Source of the DNA: Alphaproteobacteria bacterium
GTDB lineage: Bacteria > Pseudomonadota > Alphaproteobacteria > Bin95
Reading direction: 5' to 3'
Assembly (NCBI GenBank): GCA_965205265.1
Contig: CBDBGH010000003.1
Location: forward strand, 2,912,001 to 2,976,000
DNA length: 64,000 bases
Part shown: piece after piece, positions 46,668-58,361 of the stretch
Position numbering within the stretch: the first letter of the stretch is position 1
Layout: each line of letters starts with the position of its first letter
Position numbers and translations under genes: made by a program
Notes under the pieces: generated by a model
Databases searched by the model: none
What the model was told of the DNA's origin: nothing
Seen by the model: only the letters and a program-made list of their open reading frames with translations

Positions 46668-48425
46668 CTACTCCGCTGCGCGGCTGTCCTGCATGGCGGC
46701 GTCAGCGCCGCCGGTCCTCATGGCGGCGCGGAGGCGCGCCGTGGCGGCCTCGTCGGCCGTGCGGCCGTCGGGGCCGAGCACGACGCCGTAATCGCGCTCC
46801 GCGCCCTCGGGCGAAAGCAGTTCGTTCAGCACGTCGCGGGCCACCGCCGCCGGTTCGCGGTCCAGCGGGTCGCCCCAGCCGCCGCCGCCCGCCAGCTCGT
46901 GCAGGAACACGTCGCCCTCATGGATGTTGCGCGTAATCTTGGAGGGAACCGGCTCGCCGTTCAGATAATTGGCCGCCGGCTCGCCCGGCTTGCCGCCGGA
47001 AAGGCCGTAGGGGCGGAAGGCCATGCGGTCGGCGCGCACCTGCAGCACCGCCTCATGCTCCAGGAAGCGGTATTCCCGCCGGTAGGGCGCGCCGCCGCGA
47101 TAGGCGCCCGGCCCCATCCGGTCCGCCACCAGGTCGTAGCGCAACACCTGCACCGGCTGCTCCGCCTCCGTCACCTCGACCGAGTGCGAGGCCATGTTCG
47201 CGAACATGTTGGCATTGCCCTCGAGCCCGTCCGCCCAGGGCCGTCCGCCCCAGGTGCCGCAGGCGAAATCGACATAGATGAAGGGCCGGCGCTCCTTGTC
47301 GTAGCCGCCGATGGACACGCCCGTATTGCCGCCGTCGGAGCAGGCGAATACCCTGTCGGGCGCGCACTTGGCGAGCGCGCCGAAGGCGCAGTCCACCATG
47401 CGGAAGCCCGTCAGCCCGCGCGCGGCGCAGGCCGCCGGCAGCACCGCATTGGCGATGGTGCCCGGCGGGGCCGTCACCTCGATGGCGCGGAACACGCCCT
47501 CATTGTTCGGGATGCCGGACGGCAGGATCGAGCGCACTGCGCAATAGGTCGCGGCCTTGGTGAAGGACAGCGTGTTGTTGATCGCGCCCTTCACCTGCTC
47601 CGCCGAGCCGGTCCAGTCGGCCTTCATCGAATCGCCCGTCTTGGTGAAGGTCACGAACAGGCGGATCGGCTTGCCGACATCGATGCCGTCATCGTCGATC
47701 CAGTCCTCGAACGACCAGGTCCCGTCCGGCAGTTCGGAGAGCGCCGCGCGCGTCAGCCGCTCGGCATAGTCGATCACCGCCTCCATATAGACGCCGACGC
47801 GCGCCTCACCGTATTTCTCCACGAGGTCGAGGAAGGCCGCCTCCGCGATATGGCAGGCCGCGAGCTGGGCGCGCAGGTCGCCCGCAAGGCGCACCGGCAC
47901 GCGGACATTGCTCTCGATCAGCGTCCAGAGCGTCTCGTTGCGCTTGCCGCGCTCGAACATCTTGAGCGGCGGGATGCGCAGCCCTTCCTGGTAGATTTCC
48001 GTGGAGTCGGAGGCGTTGGAGCCCGCCACGCGCCCGCCGACATCGGTGTGGTGGCAGATGGTGCAGGCGAAGGCCAGCCGGCGCCCCTCATGGAAGATCG
48101 GCTGGAAGACGAAGATGTCCGGCAGGTGCATGCCGCCGTCGAACGGGTCGTTCAGGCAGAACACGTCGCCCGGATGGATGTCGTCCCGGAACCGCTCGAC
48201 CACCGTGGCGAGCGCGGTCGGGATCGAGCCCAGATGCCCCGGCAGGGTCAGCCCCTGGGCCACCAGCCGCCCCTCCGCATCCGCAAAGGCGGTGGAGAAG
48301 TCCATATTGTCGCGCAGCACGCCGGAATAGGTGGTCCGGCAGATGGTAAGCGCCATCTCGTCGGCGATCGAGAAGATGGCGTTCTTGAACAGCTCGAAGG
48401 CGATGGGATCGTCGATGTCGGTCAT
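46668..48425 (-). CDS. hydantoinase B/oxoprolinase family protein
   Basis: LNDPFDGGMHLPD, HHTDVGG, EIYQEG, GGGGWGDP. Confidence 0.94.
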   Translation of the reverse strand: MTDIDDPIAFELFKNAIFSIADEMALTICRTTYSGVLRDNMDFSTAFADAEGRLVAQGLTLPGHLGSIPTALATVVERFRDDIHPGDVFCLNDPFDGGMHLPDIFVFQPIFHEGRRLAFACTICHHTDVGGRVAGSNASDSTEIYQEGLRIPPLKMFERGKRNETLWTLIESNVRVPVRLAGDLRAQLAACHIAEAAFLDLVEKYGEARVGVYMEAVIDYAERLTRAALSELPDGTWSFEDWIDDDGIDVGKPIRLFVTFTKTGDSMKADWTGSAEQVKGAINNTLSFTKAATYCAVRSILPSGIPNNEGVFRAIEVTAPPGTIANAVLPAACAARGLTGFRMVDCAFGALAKCAPDRVFACSDGGNTGVSIGGYDKERRPFIYVDFACGTWGGRPWADGLEGNANMFANMASHSVEVTEAEQPVQVLRYDLVADRMGPGAYRGGAPYRREYRFLEHEAVLQVRADRMAFRPYGLSGGKPGEPAANYLNGEPVPSKITRNIHEGDVFLHELAGGGGWGDPLDREPAAVARDVLNELLSPEGAERDYGVVLGPDGRTADEAATARLRAAMRTGGADAAMQDSRAAE

Positions 48426-48510
48426 GGCGCGAGAGCAAACCACACCCTGGCCGCGGGGAACAGAAGGAAATACGCCCTGCCTCGTTCCCTGGCGCCGGAA
48501 CCCGTGTTCC

Positions 48511-49641
48511 TCAGACCTTGCCGGCGGCTGCGGGATAGTCGTTTATGCCGAGCGCGCTCCGGAAATCCGCGCTCATCGCCGCCTTCTGCTCCTCCAGCGG
48601 AATGCCGGTCGCATCGGCGATTCGCACCACGGCATTGAAGATGGCGAGCACGCCGGCGGCATCGACCAGCGCCTCGCCGCCGATTTCCTCATGCAGCCGG
48701 TCCCGCGCCGCCGCAAAGCCTGCCCTGCCCTCCTCGTAGAAGCTGTCCGCATAGGCGGTCAGCGCCGCCCCGGCCGCGACGCCGCCGCCGGTCCCGCCCT
48801 CCGCGGCCATCGCCGCCAGGTCGTAGTCGTCGCCCGTGTGTTGGCCGCTCCCACGGAGCAGCACCGCATGGCTGGTGGTTCAATAGACGCACCGGTTTAT
48901 GACCGATACCCGCCCGGCCAGGAACTCCGTCTGGGCGTGGGTGAGCGCGCGGTATTCGGTGCCGAAATCCCGGAGCTGCGCGTCGGGCAGGTAGTGCACC
49001 GAGTCCATGTCGAAGAACCCGGTGACTTCCGCCGGCACCAGCGAGAGCGCGCGGTGGATGTTCACGGCGGACAGGCCATCGTACATGCCGGCCTCGGCCT
49101 CCGTCAGGTCCTCCGGCGCCACGGTCGGCACCCAGGCGAGCCCCTCTTTCGCGCCGGCCGGGCGGCGGCGGCGCGGCTCCCCGGCAAGGGGCGCGGGCAG
49201 GCTGTGGCGCGGCAGCCCCATGGCGTCGCAGAAGCTGTCGATGGCGATGACCGTCGCCACGACGCCCACGGTCTCGACATATTCCGCGTCGCTCAGCCCG
49301 CCAGCCAGGGCCTCCTCGCAGAAGCGCCGGGTCAGCCGGCCGGGATCGGTGCGGATGCGGTGGACGACCTCCACCAGCACTTCGGGCAGGTCCGTCGCCG
49401 TCTCATGCGCGCCGGTCACGGCGTATGGCGAGAGCGCCGCCTTGCGTTCGCGGCAAAATCCGCACGCCTCGGCCGCGCGGGTCTCCTCCGCAATGGCGAT
49501 GCGCACGGCGCCCGACCACCATTCCCCCGGCGCCGCCAGCCGGGCCCAGGCGCGCTTCTGGGCGGCGGCAAGATCGTCCCGCACCGGCAGGGGGCTCAGG
49601 CGGTAGTCGAGGCTCTCGACCGCTGCTGCATCGACGGACAT
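48511..49641 (-). CDS. AhpD/CMD-like selenoprotein (Sec at TGA 48882-48880), 376 aa
   Basis: NRCVY-TGA-TTSHAVLLRGSG continues in frame into ORF 48511-48864; CxxU motif; SECIS-like hairpin follows. Confidence 0.85.
48844..48862 (-). promoter_or_regulatory. bacterial SECIS-like hairpin
   Basis: GCUGCUCC-GUG-GGAGCGGC; loop begins 25 nt after the UGA and starts with GU. Confidence 0.7.
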
Positions 49642-49744
49642 GGGGCTGCCTCCCGCTTGCTGCAACCGGCAGTGTACCACGGCCGCCGCGCCGATGGCGT
49701 CGATTGCGGGCAGCGGGCTTGCGGAGTAGAAGACAGGCGCCCGG

Positions 49745-49821
49745 CGGGGCGTAGCGCAGCCTGGCAGCGCGCCTGCTTTGGGAGCAGGAGGCCGCGAGTT
49801 CGAATCTCGCCGCCCCGACCA
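49745..49821 (+). tRNA. tRNA-Pro(TGG)
   Basis: Acceptor CGGGGCG/CGCCCCG, anticodon arm CCTGC-TTTGGGA-GCAGG, TTCGAAT, CCA. Confidence 0.97.
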
Positions 49822-49831
49822 CCGGCCGCGC

Positions 49832-49861
49832 AAAGAAAAGGGGCGCCCCGCGGGGCGCCCC
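49832..49861 (-). terminator. intrinsic terminator of groESL
   Basis: GGGGCGCCCC-GC-GGGGCGCCCC followed by TTTTCTTT on the - strand. Confidence 0.8.
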
Positions 49862-49890
49862 GATCCGTTTGCCGTCTCGGACGGCGCGGA

Positions 49891-51880
<1,990 letters not shown>

Positions 51881-51971
51881 GCCTCGCCTCCTGCTGGACT
51901 CTTGTGAAACGACCCCCAAACAGGGGTTGGCGAGGCAGTTAAGGTCTCGGCGGCGAAAGTTCAAGCAGAAT

Positions 51972-51998
51972 CTGGCACTCATGAGCATTGAGTGCTAG
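51972..51998 (-). promoter_or_regulatory. CIRCE element (HrcA operator)
   Basis: CTAGCACTC-N9-GAGTGCCAG upstream of groES. Confidence 0.92.
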
Positions 51999-52236
51999 CA
52001 ATTTCGGCGCGCGGCTGGCCCCGAACGGCCTCAGACGCCGATTATTCCCAATAACGGCAGGCTCTTACAGAGGTTTCGATTCGCGGCGCGGCGCGGTTGC
52101 GGGACGGGTTGTCGCAGAGGCCGGCCCGGCCCGCTTGGAGACCGTTTGGAAATCGGCCGTTTGCGGCGTCCGGGCGTTTCAACGCGGAACCGAAAGCGTT
52201 GCCCCGCCCTTCATCCCGTCATGCCCGGACTTGTTC

Positions 52237-52554
52237 CATTGCTGTCCGGTTTAGGATTTGCGGGCAGGGCGCATGGCTTGGATTCAACCGGGTTTCGAGG
52301 GGTTTGGCGGGATCGGGACTCGAATCGACGCCCGGCGTCCCAACCCTCACATCGTCATACCCGGACCTGTTCCGGGTATCCATGCGGCCGTCCGGCGACA
52401 GCGATGGAGAGAGATACCCGGAACAAGTCCGGGTATGACGGAGAAGCCTGTTCCAAGCTTGTCGAAGGAGGCATTCGGGCATGACGGACAGGAGACGCCG
52501 CACACGCCCAAACCCCGAACCGGCTTCGCCCGACAGCTGAACCGGACAGCAATG
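52237..52554. mobile_element. 318-bp MITE with 17-bp TIRs and 9-bp target duplication inside a REP-like hairpin
   Basis: CATTGCTGTCCGGTTTA ... TGAACCGGACAGCAATG; GACTTGTTC at 52228-52236 and 52555-52563. Confidence 0.8.
52353..52440. repeat. REP-like doublet
   Basis: Differs from 14139-14226 at 3 of 88 positions. Confidence 0.9.
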
Positions 52555-52610
52555 GACTTGTTCCGGGCATGACGAAGGACGGCGTCCGGGGCGTGACGGA
52601 ACCGGCCTGC

Positions 52611-55600
52611 TCAGGCCTGGAGGCAATGCGCGATCCAGGCCGCCGTCAGCTTTTCCTGGACGCTGTTCTGCGAAAGCCGGCCTTTCAGCGTCGGGAAATC
52701 CACGAGGTCGAGCGGCTGGTCCTGGTTGAAGCAGGAATAGACCACGCGCTCCTCGCCCGAGTCCGGGTCCCGGTGAAGCTGGAGGCACTGGGCGCAGATC
52801 TCCTTCATCATGCATTGCATCGGCGAGTTGATCGACCCGACGGCCTTGTGCCCCGGCTTGAGCAGGTCCCGCAGCACACCGCGCCGCGCGGCATCGACCG
52901 CCGCCATCATGCCGTCCGAGCCGATGGCGAGAATGCGGTCCACCTCGGAGAGCGGGATCGGCGGCGCGCCCATCCGCCCTTCCCCGTAGGCCGCCATCGC
53001 CTCCACGATATTGCCGGTATGGGCGAAGTCCTGCGCGCGGCCCGGCCGGAAGCCCGGCGCCTCGTCGCAGCACCAGACCACGACATCGGCTGCCGCCTCG
53101 ATCTCGGCGGTCTTGTAGCGGTCGCCCGCCTCCTTGTAGCCCGCGAAATAGAGCACGCGGCTGCCCGCCTCGCGGAGCGCCCGCCCGATGGAGAACAGCA
53201 CCGCATTGCCGAGTCCGCCGCCGGCAAGCAGCACCGTCTCGTCTTCGGGAATTTCGGTCGGCGAGCCGGTCGGTCCCATCAGCACCACGGGTTCGCCCGG
53301 CCGGAGCGAGGCCGCGAGGTCCGACGAACCGCCCATTTCGAGGATGATCGTCGAGAGCAGGCCGCGCGCACGGTCCACCCAGGCTCCGGTCATCGCGAGG
53401 CCCTCCATGGCCAGCACCGTGCTGCGGCGGCGGAGCGCGTGGCTCTCGAAATTCTGGAGGCGGTAGAACTGGCCCGGACGGAAGGCCCGCGCCGCCGCCG
53501 GCGCCTCGACCACGACTTCGACAATTTTGGGCGTCAGCCGCACCACCTCGTGGACGCGCGCGCGGAACTCCCGGTTGGCGCGTTCGGCGAGGTCGGCCTC
53601 CGTTGCCGGCGGCCGCTCCGCCAGCAGCCGGCTCACCAGCGGATAGGCCTGCTTCACGCCGCCCATGGCCTTCACGACATTGCCGGCGAAGGAGGGATGC
53701 AGATCGCCGAAGAAGCTGACCGCGCGCCCGTCCCCGCGGCGCTGCATCGTCACCTCGGGCCGGGCGGGCTTCGCCGTCGGCTCGGGAACGACAGGGCTGC
53801 CCCCGCCGTCCACCGCCTGGAAATACCTGCCGTCGAGCGCAATGCCGGCGCTCTCGCGCGCCAGCACGGTATTGGGCTGGGTGCCCGCCGCCACCAGCAC
53901 CGAGCGGGCCGGCAGCGAGACCGTCTCGCCGTCGCCGAGCGCGCGGCGCCGGCCGCGCTCGTCGATCTCCACCCGTTCGAGGCGCAGCGCGCTCGCCCGG
54001 CCGCGCCCGTCCACTTCCACGGCGAGCGGCGACAGGCACTCGGCGAAACGGATGCCCTCCTCCAGCGCCTTCGCCACCTCCTCATGGTTCAGCGTGTAGC
54101 TCGGCGCGTCGATCAGCCGGCGCCGGTAGGCGATGGTGACGCCGCCCCAGGCGCGCAGCAGCTCGCAGATGCGCGGCGCCTCGCCGGCCGCGGCCGCCCG
54201 CGCCCGCTCCGCCCGGATGGCACGGGCATGGGCGAGGAACTCTTCCGCCACCTCCGCCTCTTCCTCCGTCCAGGCGACCGCGCCGTCCAGCGCCTCGCAG
54301 CGCGCCAGGAACTTCTCGACCTGCACCGGGTAATAGGCGAGCGACTCGGTCGCGGTGTCGATGGCGGTCAAGCCCCCGCCCACCACGACGACCGGCAGGC
54401 GTATCTGGAGATTGGCGATGCTGTCGGTGCGCGCCGCGCCGGTAAGCTGGAGCGCCATCAGGAAGTCGGACGCCATGCGCACGCCGGGCGCCAGCGCATT
54501 CGGCATCGGCACATGGGTCGGCCGCCCGGCCCCGGCCGCCATCGCCACATGGTCGAAGCCCCATTCGAACGCCTCGTCGAGCCCGATCGTGCCGCCGAAG
54601 CGCACGCCGCCGACCATGGTGAAGGCCGCCCGCCGTTCCAGCAGCAGGCGCACGATCTTGAGGAAGTTCTTGTCCCAGCGCACGGTGATGCCGTATTCGG
54701 CGACGCCGCCGAAGCCGGCCATGACGCGCTCGGCAAGGTCCTCGCGGAGCTCCGCCATGTCCCGCACGGGCCGGAAGGGGTGCCGTGCGCCCGCCTCGTC
54801 CACGCCCGAGAGCGCGGAGGCAAGCGGCTCGATCTTGAGCCCGTCCACCGCCACCACCCTGTGCCCGTCATTCATCAGGTGGTGCGCGAGGCTGAAGCCG
54901 GCGGGGCCGAGCCCCACCACCAGCACCTGCCGGCCGCTGTCCGGCAGCGGCAGCGGGCGGGCGAAGTTGAGCGGGTTCCAGCGCGTCAGCAGGCTGTAGA
55001 TCTCGAAGCCCCAGGGCAGGTCGAGCACGTCCTTCAGCACGCGCGTCTCGACCTGCGGAATATCGACCGGGTCCTGCTTCTGGTAGATGCAGGACTTCAT
55101 GCAGTCGTTGCAGATGCGGTGGCCTGTGGCGGCGCAGAGCGGGTTGTCGATGCACACGGTCGCGAGCGCGCCCAGCGCCCAGCCCTCGGTCTTGAGGAGC
55201 TGCATTTCGGAAATCTTCTCTTCCAGCGGGCAGCCCGCGAGTTCGACGTCGAACACCGTCCTGGCGAATGCGCCCGTCTGGCGGTCGCGCAGCCCGCGCG
55301 CGCAGCTGTCCTTGCCCTGGTTGTGGCAGAAGATGCAGTAATGCGCCTGGTCGAGCGCCGCCTTGAGGTCCATGCCGCCGTCGGTGAGCGCGAAGCCCTC
55401 GCGCCGGCGCAGCCGGGCCTCCGGAAGTTCGTGGGCCTCCGCGCCGTTCTCCATGCGCTGCCCGGTGTCGATCAGACGCATGGGGTCTATGCGCCCCGGC
55501 TGCCTGAACAGCACGCCCTTGCCGTGGCGCGCCCGGCCCTCCGGGTGGTGGAGCGCCCAGGCCGCATAGCGCGCCGCCGCCTCCAGCGCCTCGCCCGCAT

Positions 55601-56054
55601 TCGCCTCGTCCCCGAGCCAGCCCAGCACCGCTTCGGAGAAGGCCTCCTCCTCGACCGGAACCGGCATATGCGCCCCGAGCGCCGCCTCGACCGCCGCCCC
55701 GTCGAGCGCCGCCGCCTCCGCCGGCTTTACCGCCCGCGCGGCGCGGCGCTGCACGAACAGCCGCTTGCAGCGATAGACGGGGGCCAGCGCGGTGTGGCGC
55801 CCGGAGAGCGCGTCTGCCTCCGCCTCGATGCCGAACAGCCGGGCGAGGCAGGCTTCCAGCTTCGGCGCCAACGCCAGCACCAGCGCCGATTCCGCCTTCG
55901 GCTCCAGTGCGCCGGGCGCCGTGCGGGCGGCCTCCAGCTCTGCGCGCAGGGGCTCGTCGAGGCTCTCCAGGAACAGCGCGTCCAGCCGGACCAGCCCGTC
56001 GCGGCTGTACAGGTCCTCGAAGAGAAAACCGTCGGCAAGGGTAAGTTCGGTCAT
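52611..56054 (-). CDS. Fe-S flavoprotein, GltD/NfnB-like fused to PyrK/NfnA-like domain
   Basis: YCIFCH..SC..GCP, GHRICNDCMKSC, GLGPAG, GGGLTAID, GPTG, SPMQCMMKEICAQC. Confidence 0.85.
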   Translation of the reverse strand: MTELTLADGFLFEDLYSRDGLVRLDALFLESLDEPLRAELEAARTAPGALEPKAESALVLALAPKLEACLARLFGIEAEADALSGRHTALAPVYRCKRLFVQRRAARAVKPAEAAALDGAAVEAALGAHMPVPVEEEAFSEAVLGWLGDEANAGEALEAAARYAAWALHHPEGRARHGKGVLFRQPGRIDPMRLIDTGQRMENGAEAHELPEARLRRREGFALTDGGMDLKAALDQAHYCIFCHNQGKDSCARGLRDRQTGAFARTVFDVELAGCPLEEKISEMQLLKTEGWALGALATVCIDNPLCAATGHRICNDCMKSCIYQKQDPVDIPQVETRVLKDVLDLPWGFEIYSLLTRWNPLNFARPLPLPDSGRQVLVVGLGPAGFSLAHHLMNDGHRVVAVDGLKIEPLASALSGVDEAGARHPFRPVRDMAELREDLAERVMAGFGGVAEYGITVRWDKNFLKIVRLLLERRAAFTMVGGVRFGGTIGLDEAFEWGFDHVAMAAGAGRPTHVPMPNALAPGVRMASDFLMALQLTGAARTDSIANLQIRLPVVVVGGGLTAIDTATESLAYYPVQVEKFLARCEALDGAVAWTEEEAEVAEEFLAHARAIRAERARAAAAGEAPRICELLRAWGGVTIAYRRRLIDAPSYTLNHEEVAKALEEGIRFAECLSPLAVEVDGRGRASALRLERVEIDERGRRRALGDGETVSLPARSVLVAAGTQPNTVLARESAGIALDGRYFQAVDGGGSPVVPEPTAKPARPEVTMQRRGDGRAVSFFGDLHPSFAGNVVKAMGGVKQAYPLVSRLLAERPPATEADLAERANREFRARVHEVVRLTPKIVEVVVEAPAAARAFRPGQFYRLQNFESHALRRRSTVLAMEGLAMTGAWVDRARGLLSTIILEMGGSSDLAASLRPGEPVVLMGPTGSPTEIPEDETVLLAGGGLGNAVLFSIGRALREAGSRVLYFAGYKEAGDRYKTAEIEAAADVVVWCCDEAPGFRPGRAQDFAHTGNIVEAMAAYGEGRMGAPPIPLSEVDRILAIGSDGMMAAVDAARRGVLRDLLKPGHKAVGSINSPMQCMMKEICAQCLQLHRDPDSGEERVVYSCFNQDQPLDLVDFPTLKGRLSQNSVQEKLTAAWIAHCLQA

Positions 56055-56132
56055 GGAATGTAAGGTTCACCTGGCGCGGCGGAGCCTGCCCGGTATTGCC
56101 GGGCCGAGCGAGGCTCTCTAACTAGGCGTTCC

Positions 56133-57179
56133 ATGTCCGAGCGACAAGCGACCCCGTGCCGCGCCGTGACCGTCTGGCTCCTCTTGATGGCGTGCGCCGT
56201 GGCCGCGACGGTCTCGATCGGCGGCATCACGCGGCTCACCGGGTCGGGCCTGTCGATGGTGGAATGGCGCCCGCTGGTCGGCTGGCTGCCGCCCCTCTCC
56301 GAGGCCGAGTGGCAACGGGTCTTCGCCCTCTATCGGGAGACGCCGGAGTTCCGGCAGATCAATTTCGCCATCGACCTCGACGGCTTCCGCGCGATTTTCT
56401 GGTGGGAGTATGTCCACCGCCTCTGGGGACGGCTGCTGGGGGTGTTCTTCATCCTCCCGCTCGCCTGGTTCTGGCTCCGGGGCCGGATCGACCGGCCGCT
56501 CCGCCTCCGCCTGGCCCTGCTGCTGGCGCTCGGCGCGCTGCAGGGGCTGATCGGCTGGTGGATGGTGCAGAGCGGCCTCGCCGACCGGCCCGATGTGAGC
56601 GCGGCGCGGCTCGCGGTCCATCTCGGCATGGCGCTCCTCATCTTCGCGCTCCTCGTCTGGACGGCCCTCGACCGCATCCGCCCGCGGGCCGGCCCGCGCC
56701 CGCTGTCCGCCTGGCTGCTGCTCGGCCTCATCGCCGCCGCCATCGCAAGCGGCGCGCTGGTCGCCGGCAATAGCGGCGGCCTGATCTACAACAGTTTCCC
56801 GCTTATGGGCGGCGAGCTCGTTCCGCCGGACTACCGCAGCGAGCGGAGCTGGGTCGCCGATGCGCTGGAAAACCCGGTCGCGGCCCAGCTCCATCACCGG
56901 CTGCTGGCGATGGCGGCGCTTCTGGCGGTTTTCGCGGCCTGGCTCCGGGCCGGCGGCCGGCGGGCCGCGATGGACGAACACTTCCTGCTTGCGGCGGTCC
57001 TGTTACAGGCCGGCCTCGGCCTGGCGGCGCTGCTCGCCGTCGTGCCGCTCGGCCTCGCCGCGCTGCACCAATTCGGCGCCGTGCTGCTATTGGCCGCCGC
57101 CCTGTTGCGCACCCATGGCGCGATTGTTCCCGCAAGTATAGAATTCGGAAATACAGACAATCGTTCAACAATACAGTAA
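56133..57179 (+). CDS. ctaA: heme A synthase (COX15/CtaA type 2)
   Basis: GGITRLTGSGLSMVEW, FWWEYVHR, GWWMVQSGL, RLAVHL, HHR, LHQ. Confidence 0.93.
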   Translation: MSERQATPCRAVTVWLLLMACAVAATVSIGGITRLTGSGLSMVEWRPLVGWLPPLSEAEWQRVFALYRETPEFRQINFAIDLDGFRAIFWWEYVHRLWGRLLGVFFILPLAWFWLRGRIDRPLRLRLALLLALGALQGLIGWWMVQSGLADRPDVSAARLAVHLGMALLIFALLVWTALDRIRPRAGPRPLSAWLLLGLIAAAIASGALVAGNSGGLIYNSFPLMGGELVPPDYRSERSWVADALENPVAAQLHHRLLAMAALLAVFAAWLRAGGRRAAMDEHFLLAAVLLQAGLGLAALLAVVPLGLAALHQFGAVLLLAAALLRTHGAIVPASIEFGNTDNRSTIQ

Positions 57180-57313
57180 AGAAGTGTCGATGTTCGTAAA
57201 CAGAGCGTAAATAGGACAATATAAATGCAAGTATAGTCATCATTGAAAATTCATCGCGTCCATGCAAGTTTATGCGCTCTCAACACTTATCTGGATTTGA
57301 GGAGTTCTTTCGC

Positions 57314-58333
57314 ATGGCGGAACGACTGGCCGAAACAGCCGAAGACATCTCGCGGCTGGCTTTCGGTTTCATGGCTTCCAAGGCGTTGTTCGCCGGCTTG
57401 CATGTCGATGTCTTCAGCCAGCTCGCGGACGGCCCGAAAACCTCGGGCGCGATCGCGGCGGCGACGGGCGTTCCCGTCAACCGGATCACGACCCTGATGA
57501 CGGCGTTGACGGCGGTCGGCCTCGTGGACCGGGAGGAGGAGAGCTATTTCAACGCGCCCGCCGCCTCGTCTTTCCTGGTGCGCGGCGCGCGCCACGATTT
57601 CGGCGACTATCTGCGCTACCAGATCGACCGGCAGATGTATCCGTTCCTGACCCAGTTGAACGAGGTGATGGACGGCTCGCTAAACCCCGAGGCCGTGGAC
57701 AGCTACCAGCACTGGATGTCGGACCCGGAGCAGGCCACACTCTACAGCGAGGCGCAGCATGCGGGCTCGCTCGGGCCCGGCCGCACGCTCGCGCGGCTGG
57801 TCGATCTCTCGGACTGCCACAACCTGCTCGATGTCGGCGGCGGCACCGGCGCCATGACCATCCGGCTTCTGGAGACCTTTCCCGACCTGGTCTCGACGAT
57901 CATCGACTTCCCCAATGTCGCCGAGATCGGCTGGCGGTTCATCACCGAGGCCGGGATGGTGGACCGCGTGCGCTATATCCCCGCCGATGCGCTGGCCGCC
58001 GACTGGCCGACCGAGCAGGACGCGATCCTGATGTCCTACCTGTTCAGCGGCGTTCCGGGCACCGAACTGCCGCGGCTGGTGCAGCAGGCCTATGACTGCC
58101 TGGCGCCGGGCGGGCACTTCATCGTCCACGACTTCATGGTGGAGGACGACCGCACCGGCCCACCGATGGCGGCGCTCTGGCAATTGCAGCACATGGCCTT
58201 CACGCCGGAGGCGCGCTCGGTCACGCCCGGCTGGCTGAAGGGCCGGATGCTGGAAGTCGGCTTCGCCGTGCCCCGCGACGAGGAAATGGTGCCGGGCATG
58301 ACCCGGCTGATCCACGCTCGCCGGCTGGCGTAG
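57314..58333 (+). CDS. dsyB: DsyB-like MTHB S-methyltransferase (DMSP synthesis)
   Basis: IS.LAFGFMASKALF, DFGDYLR.QIDRQMY, LYSEAQHAGSLGP, LDVGGGTG, MSYLFSGVPG, AALWQLQH.AFTP match recalled DsyB motifs. Confidence 0.8.
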   Translation: MAERLAETAEDISRLAFGFMASKALFAGLHVDVFSQLADGPKTSGAIAAATGVPVNRITTLMTALTAVGLVDREEESYFNAPAASSFLVRGARHDFGDYLRYQIDRQMYPFLTQLNEVMDGSLNPEAVDSYQHWMSDPEQATLYSEAQHAGSLGPGRTLARLVDLSDCHNLLDVGGGTGAMTIRLLETFPDLVSTIIDFPNVAEIGWRFITEAGMVDRVRYIPADALAADWPTEQDAILMSYLFSGVPGTELPRLVQQAYDCLAPGGHFIVHDFMVEDDRTGPPMAALWQLQHMAFTPEARSVTPGWLKGRMLEVGFAVPRDEEMVPGMTRLIHARRLA

Positions 58334-58361
58334 GGGCGGTAAGGCGTCTGCTCCGCACTGC

